From Chiloscyllium plagiosum (Eukaryota), in assembly GCF_004010195.1 (NCBI RefSeq), contig NC_057720.1:35727345-35791344 (forward strand): 64,000 nt of DNA, written 5' to 3'. The notes under the pieces were generated by a model. The model worked only from the letters and a program-made list of their open reading frames with translations, made no database searches and was not told the origin of the DNA. The number at the start of each line of letters is the position of its first letter. Position 1 is the stretch's first letter. Shown here piece by piece: positions 1 to 13,599 of this stretch. A program made the position numbers and the translations under genes.

Positions 1-271
1 CCCATCTCTGTGTCCGCAAATATTCCCTGTCAATGCTTCTCCACAGCCTCCCTACATTCTTGGGCATCCTGAAAAACAGCTAACCTACTTGCTGGACTAC
101 AATTCCGGATCCCATCCCCCTGCCAAATTAGTTTAAACCCCCCCGAAGAGTGCTAGCAAACCCACCTCCCAGGATATTGGTGCCCTTCTGGTTCAGGTGC
201 AACCCGTCCTGCTTGTACAGGTCCCACCTTCCCCAGAATGCAGTCCAATTGTCCAAATACCTGAAGCCCTC
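1..271 (-). mobile_element. CR1 LINE fragment: C-terminus of ORF1 (SGNH/GDSL esterase-like domain) and inter-ORF region, running off the window start
   Basis: Minus strand 271->128 reads EGFRYLDNWTAFWGRWDLYKQDGLHLNQKGTNILGGGFASTLRGGLN*. DGLHL is the block V motif of CR1 ORF1 esterases. A plus-strand CR1-type tail (ctctatgactctatg) abuts at 271-285. Confidence 0.85.
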
Positions 272-330
272 TCTATGACTCTATGCTCAATTACTGGATT
301 GCCTCAGGTAATCAGATGGTGAAGGATAGA

Positions 331-429
331 GTTTAGATCAGAGTGGTGCTGGAAAAGCACAGCAGGTCAGGCAGCATCTGAAGAGCAGGAAAATCGATGT
401 TTCAGGCAAAAGACCTTCATCAGGAATAA
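331..429 (-). mobile_element. Short Penelope-like (PLE)-derived element, family A, with degenerate hammerhead core
   Basis: Reverse complement contains attcCTGATGAaggtcttttgcctGAAAcatc. Flanked by a 12-bp direct repeat gtgaaggataga (319-330, 430-441). Confidence 0.8.
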
Positions 430-1330
430 GTGAAGGATAGAACTGGATATTATTTGATACCCTTTAGATATTTGTTTCACAAAGATACAAATTTTGTCAT
501 ATGCACCTCAAATCCAACCACCATAGTTTCTGCCTGGCTATATTACAAAATTAAAAAAGGGACCAATCTGCAAATGGCCACCAGTTGGGCCAGTTAAAGT
601 ACAGACAACCAAACAGGTGCCAAAACCCAAACATCCCATCCATCCCCAAGTGGGGAAGGGTCAGCTCTGGGCTCAGCTCCAGAATGGACAAATGTTAGGA
701 ATAGATCACACTTGAACTTCTGTCCCAGTGGTAGGGACACTTACCACATCACCACCAGACCTCCTTGCCTGTTCCTATATATTAACAGGTGAATTCCCAA
801 TTGATTTTTCACGCCGAGTATAACTAAACACTCAATTAATATACAATTAATAGTTGTAGTCATAACCAGAGATAATGAAGTACTCTTGGAATTCTGAGGA
901 TGGGAAAACTGTTATGCACATGAATTTTTATTTCCCCAAGGAAGGAGGGAGAATGACTTCAAGTAGCATTAGCAGCAATCTGAAAATGGGTTATGGGTTG
1001 TAGATCTGACCTCTCAGTCAGTCATGGTCCCTGTTGTGGAGAAGGAAGTATTCAAAATGGCAGTGTCACAAACTTAACAAAATGATTGGTCTGTCACCCA
1101 CCCCACTTTCAGGACAGCATCCTTATCGCACCACTACAAACAAAGTACTGAAGATGAAGAGGATGGAAACAACCTCATTTGCTACAGTACAATTGAGTTG
1201 AATATAGTTAGTCACAGTTAAATACTAGAACAGCACAGTTTCAGTATAATGGTGTAAAGTCTTAATTTGTATTTATTAAAAGACTACACTAAGGCTTCAA
1301 AGTTCTTGTGCATGAAACAGATGTCAAACT

Positions 1331-1412
1331 TTTATGAAGGGTCACTGGACTTGAAATGTTAACTCTGTTTCTCTCTCTGCAGATGCAACCAGATCTGCTG
1401 AGGTTCTCCTTG
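1331..1412 (+). mobile_element. Older PLE-derived short element, family C, decayed hammerhead core
   Basis: tttATGAagggtcactggacttGAAAtgttaactctgtttctctctctgcagatgc. Related reverse-strand copies lie near 10488, 39130 and 41122. Confidence 0.6.
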
Positions 1413-1703
1413 TTGCTCAGATATTAAACATTGTAGCAGAATACAAATTCTTATTATTCTCATAGTAGTATAGGTGATTAATGCAGTATAAAAGGTAACA
1501 TTAAAAGACTGGCAATAATTAAGCAGGGTAAAGATTGTGTCCCTGAGCTTTGAGGACACAGAAGCTGCCAGTTAAGAGTTTATTTAACATAACTCCAGAA
1601 TGTGAGATAGTGGAACTTGGGGAAAGATTTACATCAACTTGTGTTAAATCCATAGTTGGAAAATTTAAACCTGGTTCCCTTGCTGTTGATCCAGCAGATT
1701 ATT

Positions 1704-2375
1704 GAGTTATAGAGTCACAAAGTTATGCAGCATGGAAACAGACCTTTCAGTCCAACTTGTCTCTGCCGAGCGAATATCCTAAACTGATCTCGCTCCATTT
1801 GGCCCATATTCCTCTAAACCCTTCCTAATCATATACCCATCCAGTTGCTTGTTAAAAGTTGTAATTGTACTTGCCTCCACCACCACCTCTGGCAGCTCAT
1901 TCCATATATGCACTCCCCTCTGAAAAAGTTGTCTGTCAGGTCCCTTTTAAATTGCTCCACATCTCCTTAAAACCGCTGCCATCTAGTTTTAGACTTCCCT
2001 ACCATGGATAACAGACTTTGGCTATTCACCCTATCTGTGCCCCTCATGATTTCATAAACTTCTATGAGGTCACCCCTCAAGCTCTGACGATTCAGGAGAA
2101 AAAAGCCCCAGTCTATTCAGCCTCTCCCTTTAGCTCAAACCCTCCAAACCCAGCAACATCCTTGTAGCTCTTCTCTAAACACTTTCAAGTTTGATAACAC
2201 CTTCCTTATAGCAGGGAGACCAATGTCCTCGGCAGGCGCAACATGACTTCCTAACTCCCGTGCTCAATGCACTGACCAAAGAAGGCAAGTGTTCTGAACA
2301 CTTTCTTCACCAGCCTGTCTACCAGCAACTCCACTTTCAAGGATCTATGCACCTGCACCCCTAGGTCTCTTTGTT
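1704..2375 (-). mobile_element. CR1 (HER1-like) LINE, 5'-truncated 3' end
   Basis: Tail repeat (gagttatagagtca) followed by sequence colinear with the CR1 copies at 16095 and 30426. Confidence 0.9.
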
Positions 2376-4357
2376 GTATCTCTAAACTTATCATCTACTG
2401 GCCTGTGAAAACTAGAAGATAAACCCACTTCATCCAGTTGTAACTGATATCCTGGCATTTTCAATGAATGGTGATTCTAATATTTAGTTTCACTACCTCT
2501 CGGTTAGAGAGTAAAACCTAGTTCAGGTTCTCTGCTGATAGTCGACATGGACCAATGCAAAATTGGGCTCAGTTGTGATGCCTTTGTGGTTGGTTTCCCT
2601 GCTGATAGCAACTATCATGGATCATCATCGTGAATAACAGACACTTGGTACTGGAGGAAAGTCAATGCTTGTGGATACATACTTCTTGAAAATGTCAAAG
2701 CCTCGAGAAGAAAGGAGGACATTTGGTGGGGAAAAGATTTCACTTGCTCTCATCCCATGATATCAAATCAACAGATTTAATCACAGTTTCAAAATTTTTA
2801 AAGTGGGTGTTTATCCCTTATTTTTTATAGCCCTGCAATAGGACATAAAGGCATGTGATAAATCAAGACTATTAGATAGATTAGGAGTTACAAGGTACTA
2901 AAACAGTCTCAGAGTTTAAATGACAAAAGCCATGAGTAAATCTTGTTACTTTCCCCCAAAATATCATCACAGCCAGGAAACTGCAGTAATACCTTTAATT
3001 ACATGTGAAATCACTAGTATTGAATACTAAATAAATAATTCTTATTTTTAATACATAATACATTAAAGTCCCAAATTTTGTTTAAATAAAACCATAAAAA
3101 GCTCAAAATGTGCATTCATAGATAAGTGAATGCTTCTGCAACGATACAATTTGAAAAATGTATTGCATGGATAATTCTTAGGGAGAAATATTCACACATT
3201 TATATTAAAACAAATGTCAGGGCAGATCCTCTCGATAGAAGGAAAATGTAATCTCCACGGGATGTCTCTTTTTTGCTACCTTTTTGTAGTAGAAAAAACA
3301 TCTACCACATGTTTTATGTTCAAAGGGGGGAAAAATCTGAAAACACCATCACTTTCTCTGACCCTTGTCCTCCATCCCATAAGCCCTCACTGTGGAGCGC
3401 CAAGTCTTTTAATCAATCTCAGCCTAGAATGATAAGTGTCTCTTATCTCCATTGTCATTGTAATAGCTTCCAACATTTTAAGATTGAAATACGAAGCCAG
3501 GCAAACCTCAGTTATCAGCAGATGGGACCACTGCACATCAAACGGCACTGGCAATAAAGTCTAGTATAAATTGCTCTGAGACTTGGGTCTCTAGCTGCAT
3601 TGGCAACCTGAAAATCCTATCTTTTTGCTGTTTCTGATTTTCTCCACTGCTCATGCTGCCGACCTGGGGTTCAGTGCTTCTGTAAGTGCCCCTAATAACT
3701 TTGCTATCCATGTATTCTGGTTATATTTACAAACCTGAGGGCATCTTATGTAATGCCTGGGGGATATTTTCATCCCTTCTGTATCTCTGCAAGGAGAAAA
3801 AGAGAAGGACACCCTCACTGAAATCTGTCAGCATGTAGTTTTATTAATTTTTATTTCCTTTTGACTTTGACAGCTGTACTGTTAACATCCTGGCAAGTGA
3901 GAATTGTGTCACTGCAGCAGGGAGCTTAGGCTTTAAATGGCAAGAAAGGAGAAGGTGATAACACTGTCAACAGTTAAAAGCTCTACAACAGCTGAAAAGC
4001 AAACAAGACTGTTGAGGTTGAGGAGGAAAGAGAAACCTACAAATAAAGAATAGATAGACCAATGGACCCAATCTTGGAAGAAACACAGGAATCGATTTTA
4101 ATCAATTAAAACAAATGTATGTATGTATTCCTGACTCACTCATATCATGATGCACAGAGGAAATGGAATGAAAATGAAATGGCCCAACATTGCCAGTATC
4201 GATAAGAATGAGTATGTTGTGAATAATTAGCTTGACTTTAAACAATAGTTGCGACAAGTGCTGAAATCTTCCTTCCTGGTCTGATTTAATAGAAGGTTCA
4301 CATTTCTAATTGGCAGTTTGCTCACTGTTTTTCTCTTTCTCTCTTTGTCATTTTTAG

Positions 4358-4376
4358 AATTAATTTTGCCTGAGAG
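4358..4376 (+). other. Candidate 19-nt micro-exon of an unidentified host gene
   Basis: Branch-point-like ctcac at 4321, a ~30-nt pyrimidine tract, then tttttag|AATTAATTTTGCCTGAGAG|gtaagt. Only one frame is stop-free (xLILPE[R/S]). Confidence 0.45.
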
Positions 4377-5127
4377 GTAAGTACACTCATACCTTCTATG
4401 GAATCAGAGTACATTTCTTAAATAATGCAGAGACGCATTGGATCAGTTAGTACAATGTCCAGATACTGAGAACAATATGCTGTTTGGGGTATCGAGATAA
4501 TTTGGTGCTAGTCTCTAAGATTTGCTTGAATATCAGGCATCAAAGGCCTTAGAAACGTGCCAGTGCATTTATGGAACTTGCATATTGTGCATTATCAAGC
4601 ATTAGGAACAAATTGTTAGCCTTTGATTTCACACAAAGTTTACTTTCTTTGCAATGGTCTGAAAGACCTGGGTTAGGTGGGTTTCTAGAAGACTTGACAT
4701 TTGCTGAATTCCAGTAAAAATCCATATTCGTTATCTTCTGTAATAAGTGTGTTTCCCACAGATAAATCACTTTCATGTTTAATATTCAAAAGGAAAAGAA
4801 CTTGTGGATCTTGAGCATGTAAAGCTTAAAATATTTTGGCATGATCCTCATTTATTTTCAATAGATATAATTATGAGCCTGTTTTTATACTATTTTTGTT
4901 TTCTGATGAAGTATTACCTCGGTCATAAGCTTTGACCATCTACTATTGTTTTAAGTGCTGAACTTTAGTATCGGTTTTAAATTATCACCTTTCTTGAAAC
5001 AGGATATTGTTAGGTCATGGAATTCAGTTTAACAGGGAGTCGTGCAGCAATAACAACTTATTACATTAGGGCTGCGACATTATGATAAAATGTCTCTAGG
5101 TGCTTCAAGATGCATTATAAACTGAAT

Positions 5128-5537
5128 CCTTTTAGGAAGGTAATCGGCCATCCTCGGAAAAAGTGAGGACTGCAGTTGCTGGAGATCAGAGTCAAAACGT
5201 GTGGCACCGGAAAAGCACTGCAGGTCAGGCAGCATCTGAGGAGCAGGAGAATCGACATTTCAGGCATAAGCATTCCTGATGAAGGGCTTATGCTGAAAAT
5301 GTCGATTTGCCTGCTCCTCGGATGCTATCTGACCTGCTGTGCTTTTCCAGGACGACACTTGTTGAATCTGCCATCCTTACCTGGTCTGGCCTAGATGTCA
5401 CTCCAGATCCACAACTATGTGGGTTACTCTTAATTACTATTTGAAATGGTCAAGAAAGCCAATTATTTCAAGGACAACTAGGGATGAGCAAAAATGCAGC
5501 CTGACCAGTGATACCCACATCCCATACACGAATAAAT
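5128..5537 (+). mobile_element. SINE-like repeat sharing its 3' end with the LINE family at 37965 and 60522; interrupted at 5155-5364
   Basis: cctttaggaagg...ctgccatccttacctggtctggcc...cccacatcccat...aataaa. Homologous copies at 18325-18545 (+) and 39332-39630 (-). Confidence 0.7.
5155..5364. mobile_element. PLE-derived family A element, head-to-head inverted pair
   Basis: Left arm is the reverse complement of the right arm. Core CTGATGAagggcttatgctGAAAatgtc starts at 5276. TSD aatc(g/t)gccatcct at 5142-5154 and 5365-5377. Confidence 0.85.
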
Positions 5538-6789
5538 CACACGAGGTGATATTAGGTCAGGTGATCAAATTCTCCATCAATGAAGTAGATTATGAGGAAT
5601 ATCTTAAAGGCAGCATGTCCGGAAGAGATGCAGAAAGGTGTAGGCAAGGTATTCCAGATCTTGGGGGCCTTGGCAACTGGTGGCAAAGCAACCAGTGTGG
5701 AATAACTAAAATGAGGGATACACAAGAGACTGGAATGGGAGTACAGATATCTTAGTTTTTGCACTGGAGGAGATTGCAAAAATTAGGAGGGGTATTGTGT
5801 TGATGCAAGGATTTGTAAACAAGGATGAGCATTTTAAAATCAAAATGTTGCTTGACCAGAATCCAATGTGAGTAAGAAGGGGTTAGAATTTTTTAAGGTG
5901 GAGATTGCAGCAGCTTTGGAATGTAAGTATAATCATTTGAAGGTGGGAAAATACAGGATAGTGGGGAGACAGCAGGTCAGTTTTGGATTGCTGTAACAAA
6001 GAATCAACACATGCATGATGGACTGATTGCTTCCTTTTGTCTTGTATGTTCCTATAATCCCTCTCTTTTTATGGGTGTTAGACTGGAAAGTGATGTACAA
6101 ATTTTCATTCATCATATATATAATTAAATAGAAATTGCAAAGCAAAATGAGACTGATAATTGTTTGATGTACAGAACCTGAGTATTGTAAAAAGCATCAC
6201 AGTTTGTCAGAGCTTTTTGCTCATTAGGGCTTTTTCAAGAAACACCATAGTAAAGTGAAAATAACCTTTATACAGTACAGACTCTGAATCCACAATAGCC
6301 CTTTAGCTCTTTGCAAGAAATAAAGTACCAAGCATACCAAACCAGGCTATGCTTGCAAAATCTGAAAACTCACAATACAGTGTTCCAACATTAAATATGA
6401 TTTTGCAATTGGACAATAATGGCTAAATAGTCCTGAGTGTGCAAAGAGTTATATTGCTAACCAGGGGGCGCTTTGTCTTTTACTTTGATATTCTTGTGAA
6501 TTGTCCTGAGTGTAAACCAACAAGGCTGTCTTAACCCATCTGCTTCCAATCCCAGTTTTTGCCATCTTTGTTTCTACCTACCTGGTACTATCTTCTATTA
6601 TATTAACTACTTTTGTTAAATCATCCCTTTTGTTTTTTCATTAAAACAGCTACAACTTTTCAAGTTTTTTTTGGCATTATGCAAGGCAGCAATCTAGTAT
6701 GTCTGCACTGTACTCTTGATTTTTCCTCAACTTGCTTCCTGTAAAGTGGAGACCAAAGCCGCATGCTGTAATCTTGCTCAAATTAAATG

Positions 6790-6956
6790 ATTTGGAGGTG
6801 CTGGTGTTGAACTGGGGTGTACAAAATTAAAAATCACACAACACCAGGTTATAGTCCAACAGGTTTATTTGGAAGCACTAGCTTTCGGCAACCACCTGAT
6901 GAAGGAGATGCGTTCTGAAAGCTAGTACTTATAACCTGGTGTTGTGTGATTTTTAA
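6790..6956. mobile_element. PLE-derived family B element, inverted pair
   Basis: aaaaatcacacaacaccaggttata...ataacctggtgttgtgtgatttt. Core cacCTGATGAaggagatgcgttctGAAAgcta. TSD ctcaa(a/g)ttaaatg at 6777-6789 and 6957-6969. Confidence 0.85.
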
Positions 6957-7208
6957 CTCAAGTTAAATGCACTTTCACCATTACATCTTACCTCTTAGTG
7001 TTTATATTTCTTGTCATATAATTCAGTATACCGTTAACTTTCTTATCTACTTGAGATTCAGCATTTAATGTTATGAACCTCAGTCCTTAAATTCTCTTGA
7101 ACATCCCAATCAACCAGCTTTCTTTCATTCTAAGTAATTTATACATTTTATTTTTCAGTGAAATAGATCACCACACACTTACTAATATTGAATTCCACTT
7201 GTCATGCT

Positions 7209-7340
7209 ATTCCTGATAAAGGGCTTTTGCCTGAAACATTGATTTTCCTGCTCCTCGGATGCTTCCTGACCTGCTGTGCTTTTCCAGCACCACTCTAATT
7301 TTGACTCTAATCTCCAACGTCTGCAGTACCCACTTCTGCC
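7209..7340 (+). mobile_element. PLE-derived family A element inserted in old CR1-like debris
   Basis: attcctgataaagggcttttgcctgaaacattgattttcctgctcctcggatgc..., the same body as the other family A copies. Confidence 0.8.
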
Positions 7341-9014
7341 ATGTTTTTACCCATGCCCATCTAACCAATATCTTTTTGTAGCTCTGCCTTTGGTCCTCAG
7401 AGCTGGTTAAATGCTTCTTGTTTTTATATTATTTTCAAATTTGGGCCCTCATCTCTCTCACCCTATTTCCAAACCATTGATTCAAACAACACAATGCAGT
7501 CTGATACAAAAATGAGTATCTTGAAAGCTGAAATATTTCATTGTTGGGAAGAAGCACGAACAAATGCAGTGATGAGAATCAGGCATGATCAGAAATTGAC
7601 AAAACAGGGCATCCACTTTTCACATTGTTACAGCCTCCTTATGCTATACGTCAGCCTAATCTGTGAGCTGCTGGTTTGAAATCACAGGCCCGTCCCATAC
7701 ATTTACCTAACACTAATGAGACTTATTGATTGGAAGTATGGGATTTGTAAAGGTTACAGGGTTAAAGTACATAAAACTGCCATTTCTGTTGCAGCAGTTT
7801 TTTGCAATATCAATTTTGATTGGTCAGCAGGGAGAGATTAACGTCTTCATGTGCAAAGGCATGGGCAAGATGTACTCTGATTCAGATTGTCGATAGGCTA
7901 CCTGCCCCATTGGAGTACTGTTAGTAATGTACACAAGGTTTCTGTAGCCAGCAGCATGATAATTAGTATTATTGGGTCAATGGATAGGATTTTGAGTCAA
8001 GATTGAACCTGATTATCACTTTGTATTTTAATTTTTTTTAACATCTCAAAATTTAAAATATAACTTTATTGTAGCAACTCAAACCAATTAAACCAGCAAG
8101 TGATGATGTAACGGTTTCAAGATGTTACTGATTATCTTCAATGGAAGTGTTTAGGGTCAATGTCAAAATGATGCTGGTTATTAACCAGAATGTGTTTGTG
8201 ATCAGTCACAGGATTCCAGCCAGCTTTGACATATGATGACAGAGTATTATACCCTAGAAGTGATCCATTTCCAAACTATCAATGAGTTTTGTCCACAAAT
8301 AAAATAATATAAAATAGTGCTGCCCTGTGTTTTGGAATTAAAATTCTGAATTATCGTTTCAGAGATTTTGTTAGATTCACTCAAATGGAAGTGATTTAGG
8401 TCTCAACCTACAGTTTAACAGTTTACATTCAGAAACCTATTATCAAAGTGAAGGCCTCTATTGACAAATAACTATTTCCTAAATACTTGATATGCATGTA
8501 ACCCTGAGGCTATTCTCTAGCCCTAAAATATTAGACTCAAAACTATTTTGAAACTCTTCTCTTGATCTTCCAGTGACTCTCATAGGTAATACAGATCAAA
8601 AAAGTGCTAGGTTTGATCATTACGCTAATTTGTTCTCATCAATTGACTAATTCTGTAGTTGAATAGCTGTCATCACTTGCCATCAAAGAAGATCCAAAAT
8701 GCCCCTTTATTTATTTTTGATGAACAACAGAAATCTAATATCAAACACTTTAAGACATTTGAAAAATGTACTATAAAATGCCATTCAAGTTTTTCCAGTA
8801 GACTATTTTACTTGGCTTGAATGCTGATAAATCATGGAAACTACTCATTGTCAAGCACATTCTGATTAGAGAACATTTGCTGTTTCGTTTTTTAAACATT
8901 TTTATAGATTTTTTATTCTAAATCAGACTTCACCAGCACTACCTGTAGCTCAAGGCTACAATTTGCATGTAAAAGGGTATGTTGCCATAACAGCTGTAAC
9001 TCCTTGGGATGCCA

Positions 9015-9125
9015 TTCATTCAGTTGGCCGAGTTGGATGGACAGCCAATGTGGATTAGATCAGTTCCAACAGCATGAAGTCCATTCTGGCAGGGACAGAA
9101 TCAGAACCTATCTCCTTGCCCTAAG
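9015..9125 (+). mobile_element. Decayed tRNA-derived SINE fragment
   Basis: Similar to 54643-54852 (ggatgg...ccaacagcatg...ttc). Confidence 0.4.
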
Positions 9126-10487
9126 AATGATGGAAGTCAAGACATGGTGTGCTGGATCTGTCTTTAGGTTGAGAATTGTAGAAGAATTCCAAACATGTAA
9201 TATTCCTTGTAATAAACCTTTCAGAATCCAGAACGAGTCTTGTTTCTCAAACTGTGGAATGTCTTCCACCATAGATATGGACAAAATACAAGAAGATTGA
9301 GTTGGGCTTTCATTCTCCAGTCTTTTATCTGTTTTCTACCTTTTCCATGATTCCCATTGCAATCGATCTGTGCCTTTTGTTATACCAACTACTACAGACC
9401 AAATATTTCTCTGCCGTTCCTTCCAACATGAAATACATGCATTCCTCCTCCCCAAATTTTCAGTGTTGAAATCAAATTTCATTGTCTATTCAACTCACAC
9501 TTCCCCTAAAATTGGGGAACTACTTTGCTTGTCCTCCAATCTTCTTTGAGCTTTTAAAGTCTGGGCATTGAATTACATTCATCTAGTTTTTTGATGTTCC
9601 TCCTCTTTTAAACTGATAGTATTGAGGGCACTCACTCTTCACCATAATTTCTGAATAACAAAGAAAATGTGTTCCCAAGTCCATGATGAAAACTAAGCAG
9701 AATGATAGTTATTTTATGTAAATAAAGGGAGATGACTGCAGGCACTGATAATCCAATTATTACAGTTTAATTACAGTAATTTAAACTGGTGACAGGAACA
9801 AATAATGCATCTAGCTATACATTAGTAGGCATGATGATAGTTTAATTGCTTTATCACCCTACCTATTTATATTATTATGTTATATAAAAATGGTATTAAA
9901 CATCACATGTTGTCTTCATTCATTAATAATTAATTAGGTTTTCTCATATTCTTTTTCCATCCATGTACTCTTTCCTGAAAATCTTTGATTTTTATCCTGA
10001 ATGTTCACTGATAATCTGGCAACATGTCTGTTGTTTATGCATGATCCTTAATAATGTCTAATTTTGACCACACGCTGCATTTTTGATAACACATACACAC
10101 CCTCACGTACGCACAGTATGGTTTACCAGATGTAGGGAACCTAAACTGTTTTCGTCTCCTGAACATGCCTGTAAGCATGGTAGCGGCAGAAATTCAGTTA
10201 AGAAGTACTTATATGTATGCTTACGATGCCTAAACATACAAGGCTATGGGCTAAAACTGGGATATGGGATTTGAATATTTAGATGGTTGTTTTTGACTGG
10301 CTCAGATTCATTGGACCAAAAGGACGTCTTCAGCGCTGTAGCCCTCTATTGAGATGCTGAGGAGATTATTCACCTCCTGACGTAGTCAAAATCAGCACAA
10401 ATGAATAGTTAAGCTTTTTGCATTTTTAATAATTTGTGCAAATGCCTTATTTTTGTTTGGTTTCCATCACTCACAACTTAAGCAGTA

Positions 10488-10595
10488 AGAAAGCAAAATA
10501 TTGTGGATGCTGCAATTGTGAAATAAAAACAGAAAATACAGAAAGCATGCCACAAATCAGACACCATATATGAAGAAGAGGCAAGTTACCTTTTT
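10488..10595 (-). mobile_element. Decayed family C PLE-derived element
   Basis: aaagcaaaatattgtggatgctgcaattgtgaaataaaaacagaaaat resembles the copies at 39130 and 41122. Confidence 0.5.
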
Positions 10596-11129
10596 CAATG
10601 GATCCCCCTTGCTAACTTGTCCATGACACCACATCAACAATGTCACTGTCATTAATCCTTTGTGTTAAATTATAAACATTTAGTTTAGTTTGTGTTTTAA
10701 CAAGTGATTGTCTGTTTTATCTCAGTTTATCATTTCTATTATTGCACAGGTACTGGCCAATCAACTGAGGAATCTTTTTTGTTAACTCAGTTGTTGGCTA
10801 TTAAAGTTTCTATAAAATTGTGCAAGAGTAACCATTCAGACGCTATTTGAACTCTTTTTAACAAATAAGAATGTTAGAAACAACACTTATTGTTCCATGG
10901 GGATTATACATTTGGTTTTGACTTGGGTCATGCAGTTAAGTTTTATTTGAAAATATTTTTAATGCTCTCCACTCCACTTACCCCTCCTCCAGACTGCTCA
11001 CAATTTCCTGAGTAATGTTTGTCCCTCAACCTGCTCCCATGCTTCTTGTAAGGCATCGCTCAATCTAATTTCTGTGAGCAAGCAGCCACTGAGCAGAAAG
11101 TGTTTGGAAACAGAATTATGGCCAGTACT

Positions 11130-12030
11130 TGAAAGATTCCTCCCTTAGCTCTCTCAGCATCCTCAAATACATCCATCTGCTCCTGATAACTTATCAACAT
11201 TACTACTTTGTTATCATTTTTTAGACCATTCAGTTTCTCACATTGTCTTTCACTATGACATTTGCAGAATTTTCATCATTGGTAAAGATTGGTAAAACAC
11301 TTATTTGGAAACTCAGCTGTATCCTCTGTAGCCAATCCTTAATTGACCCCATCTCCTTCTTCCCTTATTACCCTTTTACTATTTATATGCCAATAAAAGA
11401 CTTCTGGATTCCCTTTTATGTTTTCTGCCAGTCTCTTCTCATATGATTCATTTGGCCTCTTTTACTTCTTTTCCCAATTCCTCTCTAAACTTCCCATACT
11501 TCACAAGGATTTCTCACCTGTATTATCAAACCAACTCTTACCATATGTACCCACTTCCTAAACTTATTATATCATTCATCATCCAGAAATTTCTGACTTT
11601 GGTTGCTCTACTTCTCTCCTCCTGGCAATGTGCTTAAACTGTACCTGATCCAGCTCCTCTACACTATTGCCTGCAAATCTTTGAATTCAATTTGCCTGAG
11701 CCTACTCCATTTACACGCTGTCAAATCAGCCCTCCCTTAATTAAGTAACTTTAATCTAGACTGTCTTTGTGTTGTTTCATAGCTAACTCCCAGTCCTCTA
11801 AACATTCTCTGTTTGATACTTCAATACATTTAATGCACCTCCTTCCCAGAAACAGGTCCAGCCATGCCCCTTTCTCATTTGGACTATAAACATACTGATA
11901 AAGAAAATATTACACTTTTTTGCCCTTTATACTATTCCTTTACATTATTCAAGCCTACATTGATCATTAAAGTTCTCTGTTGTCATAATTCTATGCTTCT
12001 TGCATCTCTGTAACTGTCCTGCAAATTTGC
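11130..12030 (-). mobile_element. Old CR1 ORF2 fragment (endonuclease/tether region)
   Basis: Minus strand near 11345-11445 reads YEKRLAENIKGNPEVFYWHINSKRVIRE, typical CR1 ORF2 tether sequence. Many stops. Confidence 0.75.
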
Positions 12031-13599
12031 TGCTCTATATTTTGTATACTAGTCATGCTGTACTCCATGGCAGCAATACAGCACGACTGTATTCTGCTAA
12101 TTGTAACGGTTTTTAACAAATTAATTCCATGATAGTTTAGGATTAAGTCCTTTTTTTTATGGGACATCTCTGTGTGGTAACTCCAGTATAATTAAGCCCT
12201 GAAGTAGTGACCCACACTGAATGTCAGTGGGAGTACTTTACCCTGTTCCCTCGATCTGGGGAATAGAGTGAAATGGGGACCAGAGAAAGGGGTGAGGAAA
12301 TGTTTCCAATGGGGACATCTTAAAAAAAACTTTGAAAAATACATTACATTCCAGTATTTCTTCTTATTTCCTTGACAAGTGATCAGTGTATCTATTCAAT
12401 CATGAAAAGCTTGAAGTGTCAGAGCTGTAATGCAGGGTGAGCAGTACGCTGTGCTTTTGACAGTGTGTTACAGGAGTAAGCCCTCAGTACTTCACAACAT
12501 ATCCAATAATCAAAGGGTGAGGATTAGGCTGATACCAGCGTGAGCTTCCAAATGCTTGGCAGACGTTAGCCAGAAACCTGTCAATTAGGACCGCTTCTGC
12601 TCTTAAGGACCCAAAGGATTTTATAGGTACCTCAATCATTTTTTTAAAATCAAAACATACCACACTTTTACATGTTTGGTCGGGTTGTTTCGGCTTCTCT
12701 TTCTTTATAGAAATTTTTCTGATGAAAGTAAATAATTTTGAGTTTCATAATTCTTTACAAGATATTGTAGTGCCCATAATGTTGATCCAATTGCCGAATG
12801 CTTGATGTTCTAATATATCAAAATACATCTTTCTTAATTAAATTGTGCATGTTTTAATGCTTCTAATGGTGAGGTACTTTATAGTGTACTGTCTAAAGCA
12901 AGTATAAACAGAATCAGTTAGCATTTCAGTGATTAAATAATTGCACTAGTAATTCCTTCTCCTGTTGCTGTACTCTCTTGGTGCTGTGTCTGCCCCAATG
13001 CTGTGAAACAATACCAGCTTGCCAGACTTATAAAACATTTTAATTGAGTGTGAATGACATCATCACCTCGTCAGTATTTGACACAGCAAATATTCAGCTG
13101 AAGCTGAGGGAAACTACAACCGTAACACACCCATGGTCTGTCTATGTCCAGACTAGCGCTACTGTTGTCTGTCTGATGATAGACGTGCTCCAAAGTCAAT
13201 CCCTGAACTGACTTTGGCCTGTCATGTCTGCTTCAGGGTTTTGAAATGAGTTGATATGTATAGTGGGCTTAGCATAAAACGGTTGACCTCTCAGAATGTG
13301 ATTGTTTTCAAAAGTAAATCTTTCAAATTGGACAGTTAAGTAACGTCATTGAAACAACCTGCAAAGTTTCTCCCTTCTTTGGTGCAAAAATTAAATTTCT
13401 GACTTAGTGCTTTTTTCTCCTGGGGTGGAAGGAAAAATGTTTTTTTTTCGCAATAAATACTGCTGCCATCATGGAAGGCACTGTGTGAGACGTTTTTCTG
13501 AATATGTCAGTATGAAGGAGTTGAATTAATGGGACATTTAAGCAATCCAAGATAAGACACCACAACGATCTTATCCTTTTTAACATCACTTGATTCAAT

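Larger units (their letters stand above)
5050..5990 (-). mobile_element. L2-clade LINE 3' end, interrupted by a SINE and a PLE-derived element
   Basis: Reverse-complement similarity to the L2 copy at 13600-14220 on both sides of the 5128-5537 insert. Confidence 0.7.

Noticed and set aside
3735..3786. Possible 52-nt minus-strand exon with a strong acceptor (ccttctctttttctccttgcag)
   Set aside because: Weak donor (gtttgt), unrecognised peptides and no partner exons.
6790..6956. Palindromic elements as MITEs, pre-miRNAs or CRISPR-like repeats
   Set aside because: Unequal arms, variable 12-16 bp TSDs and hammerhead cores fit PLE-type retroelements. There is no regular repeat-spacer array and the DNA is eukaryotic.
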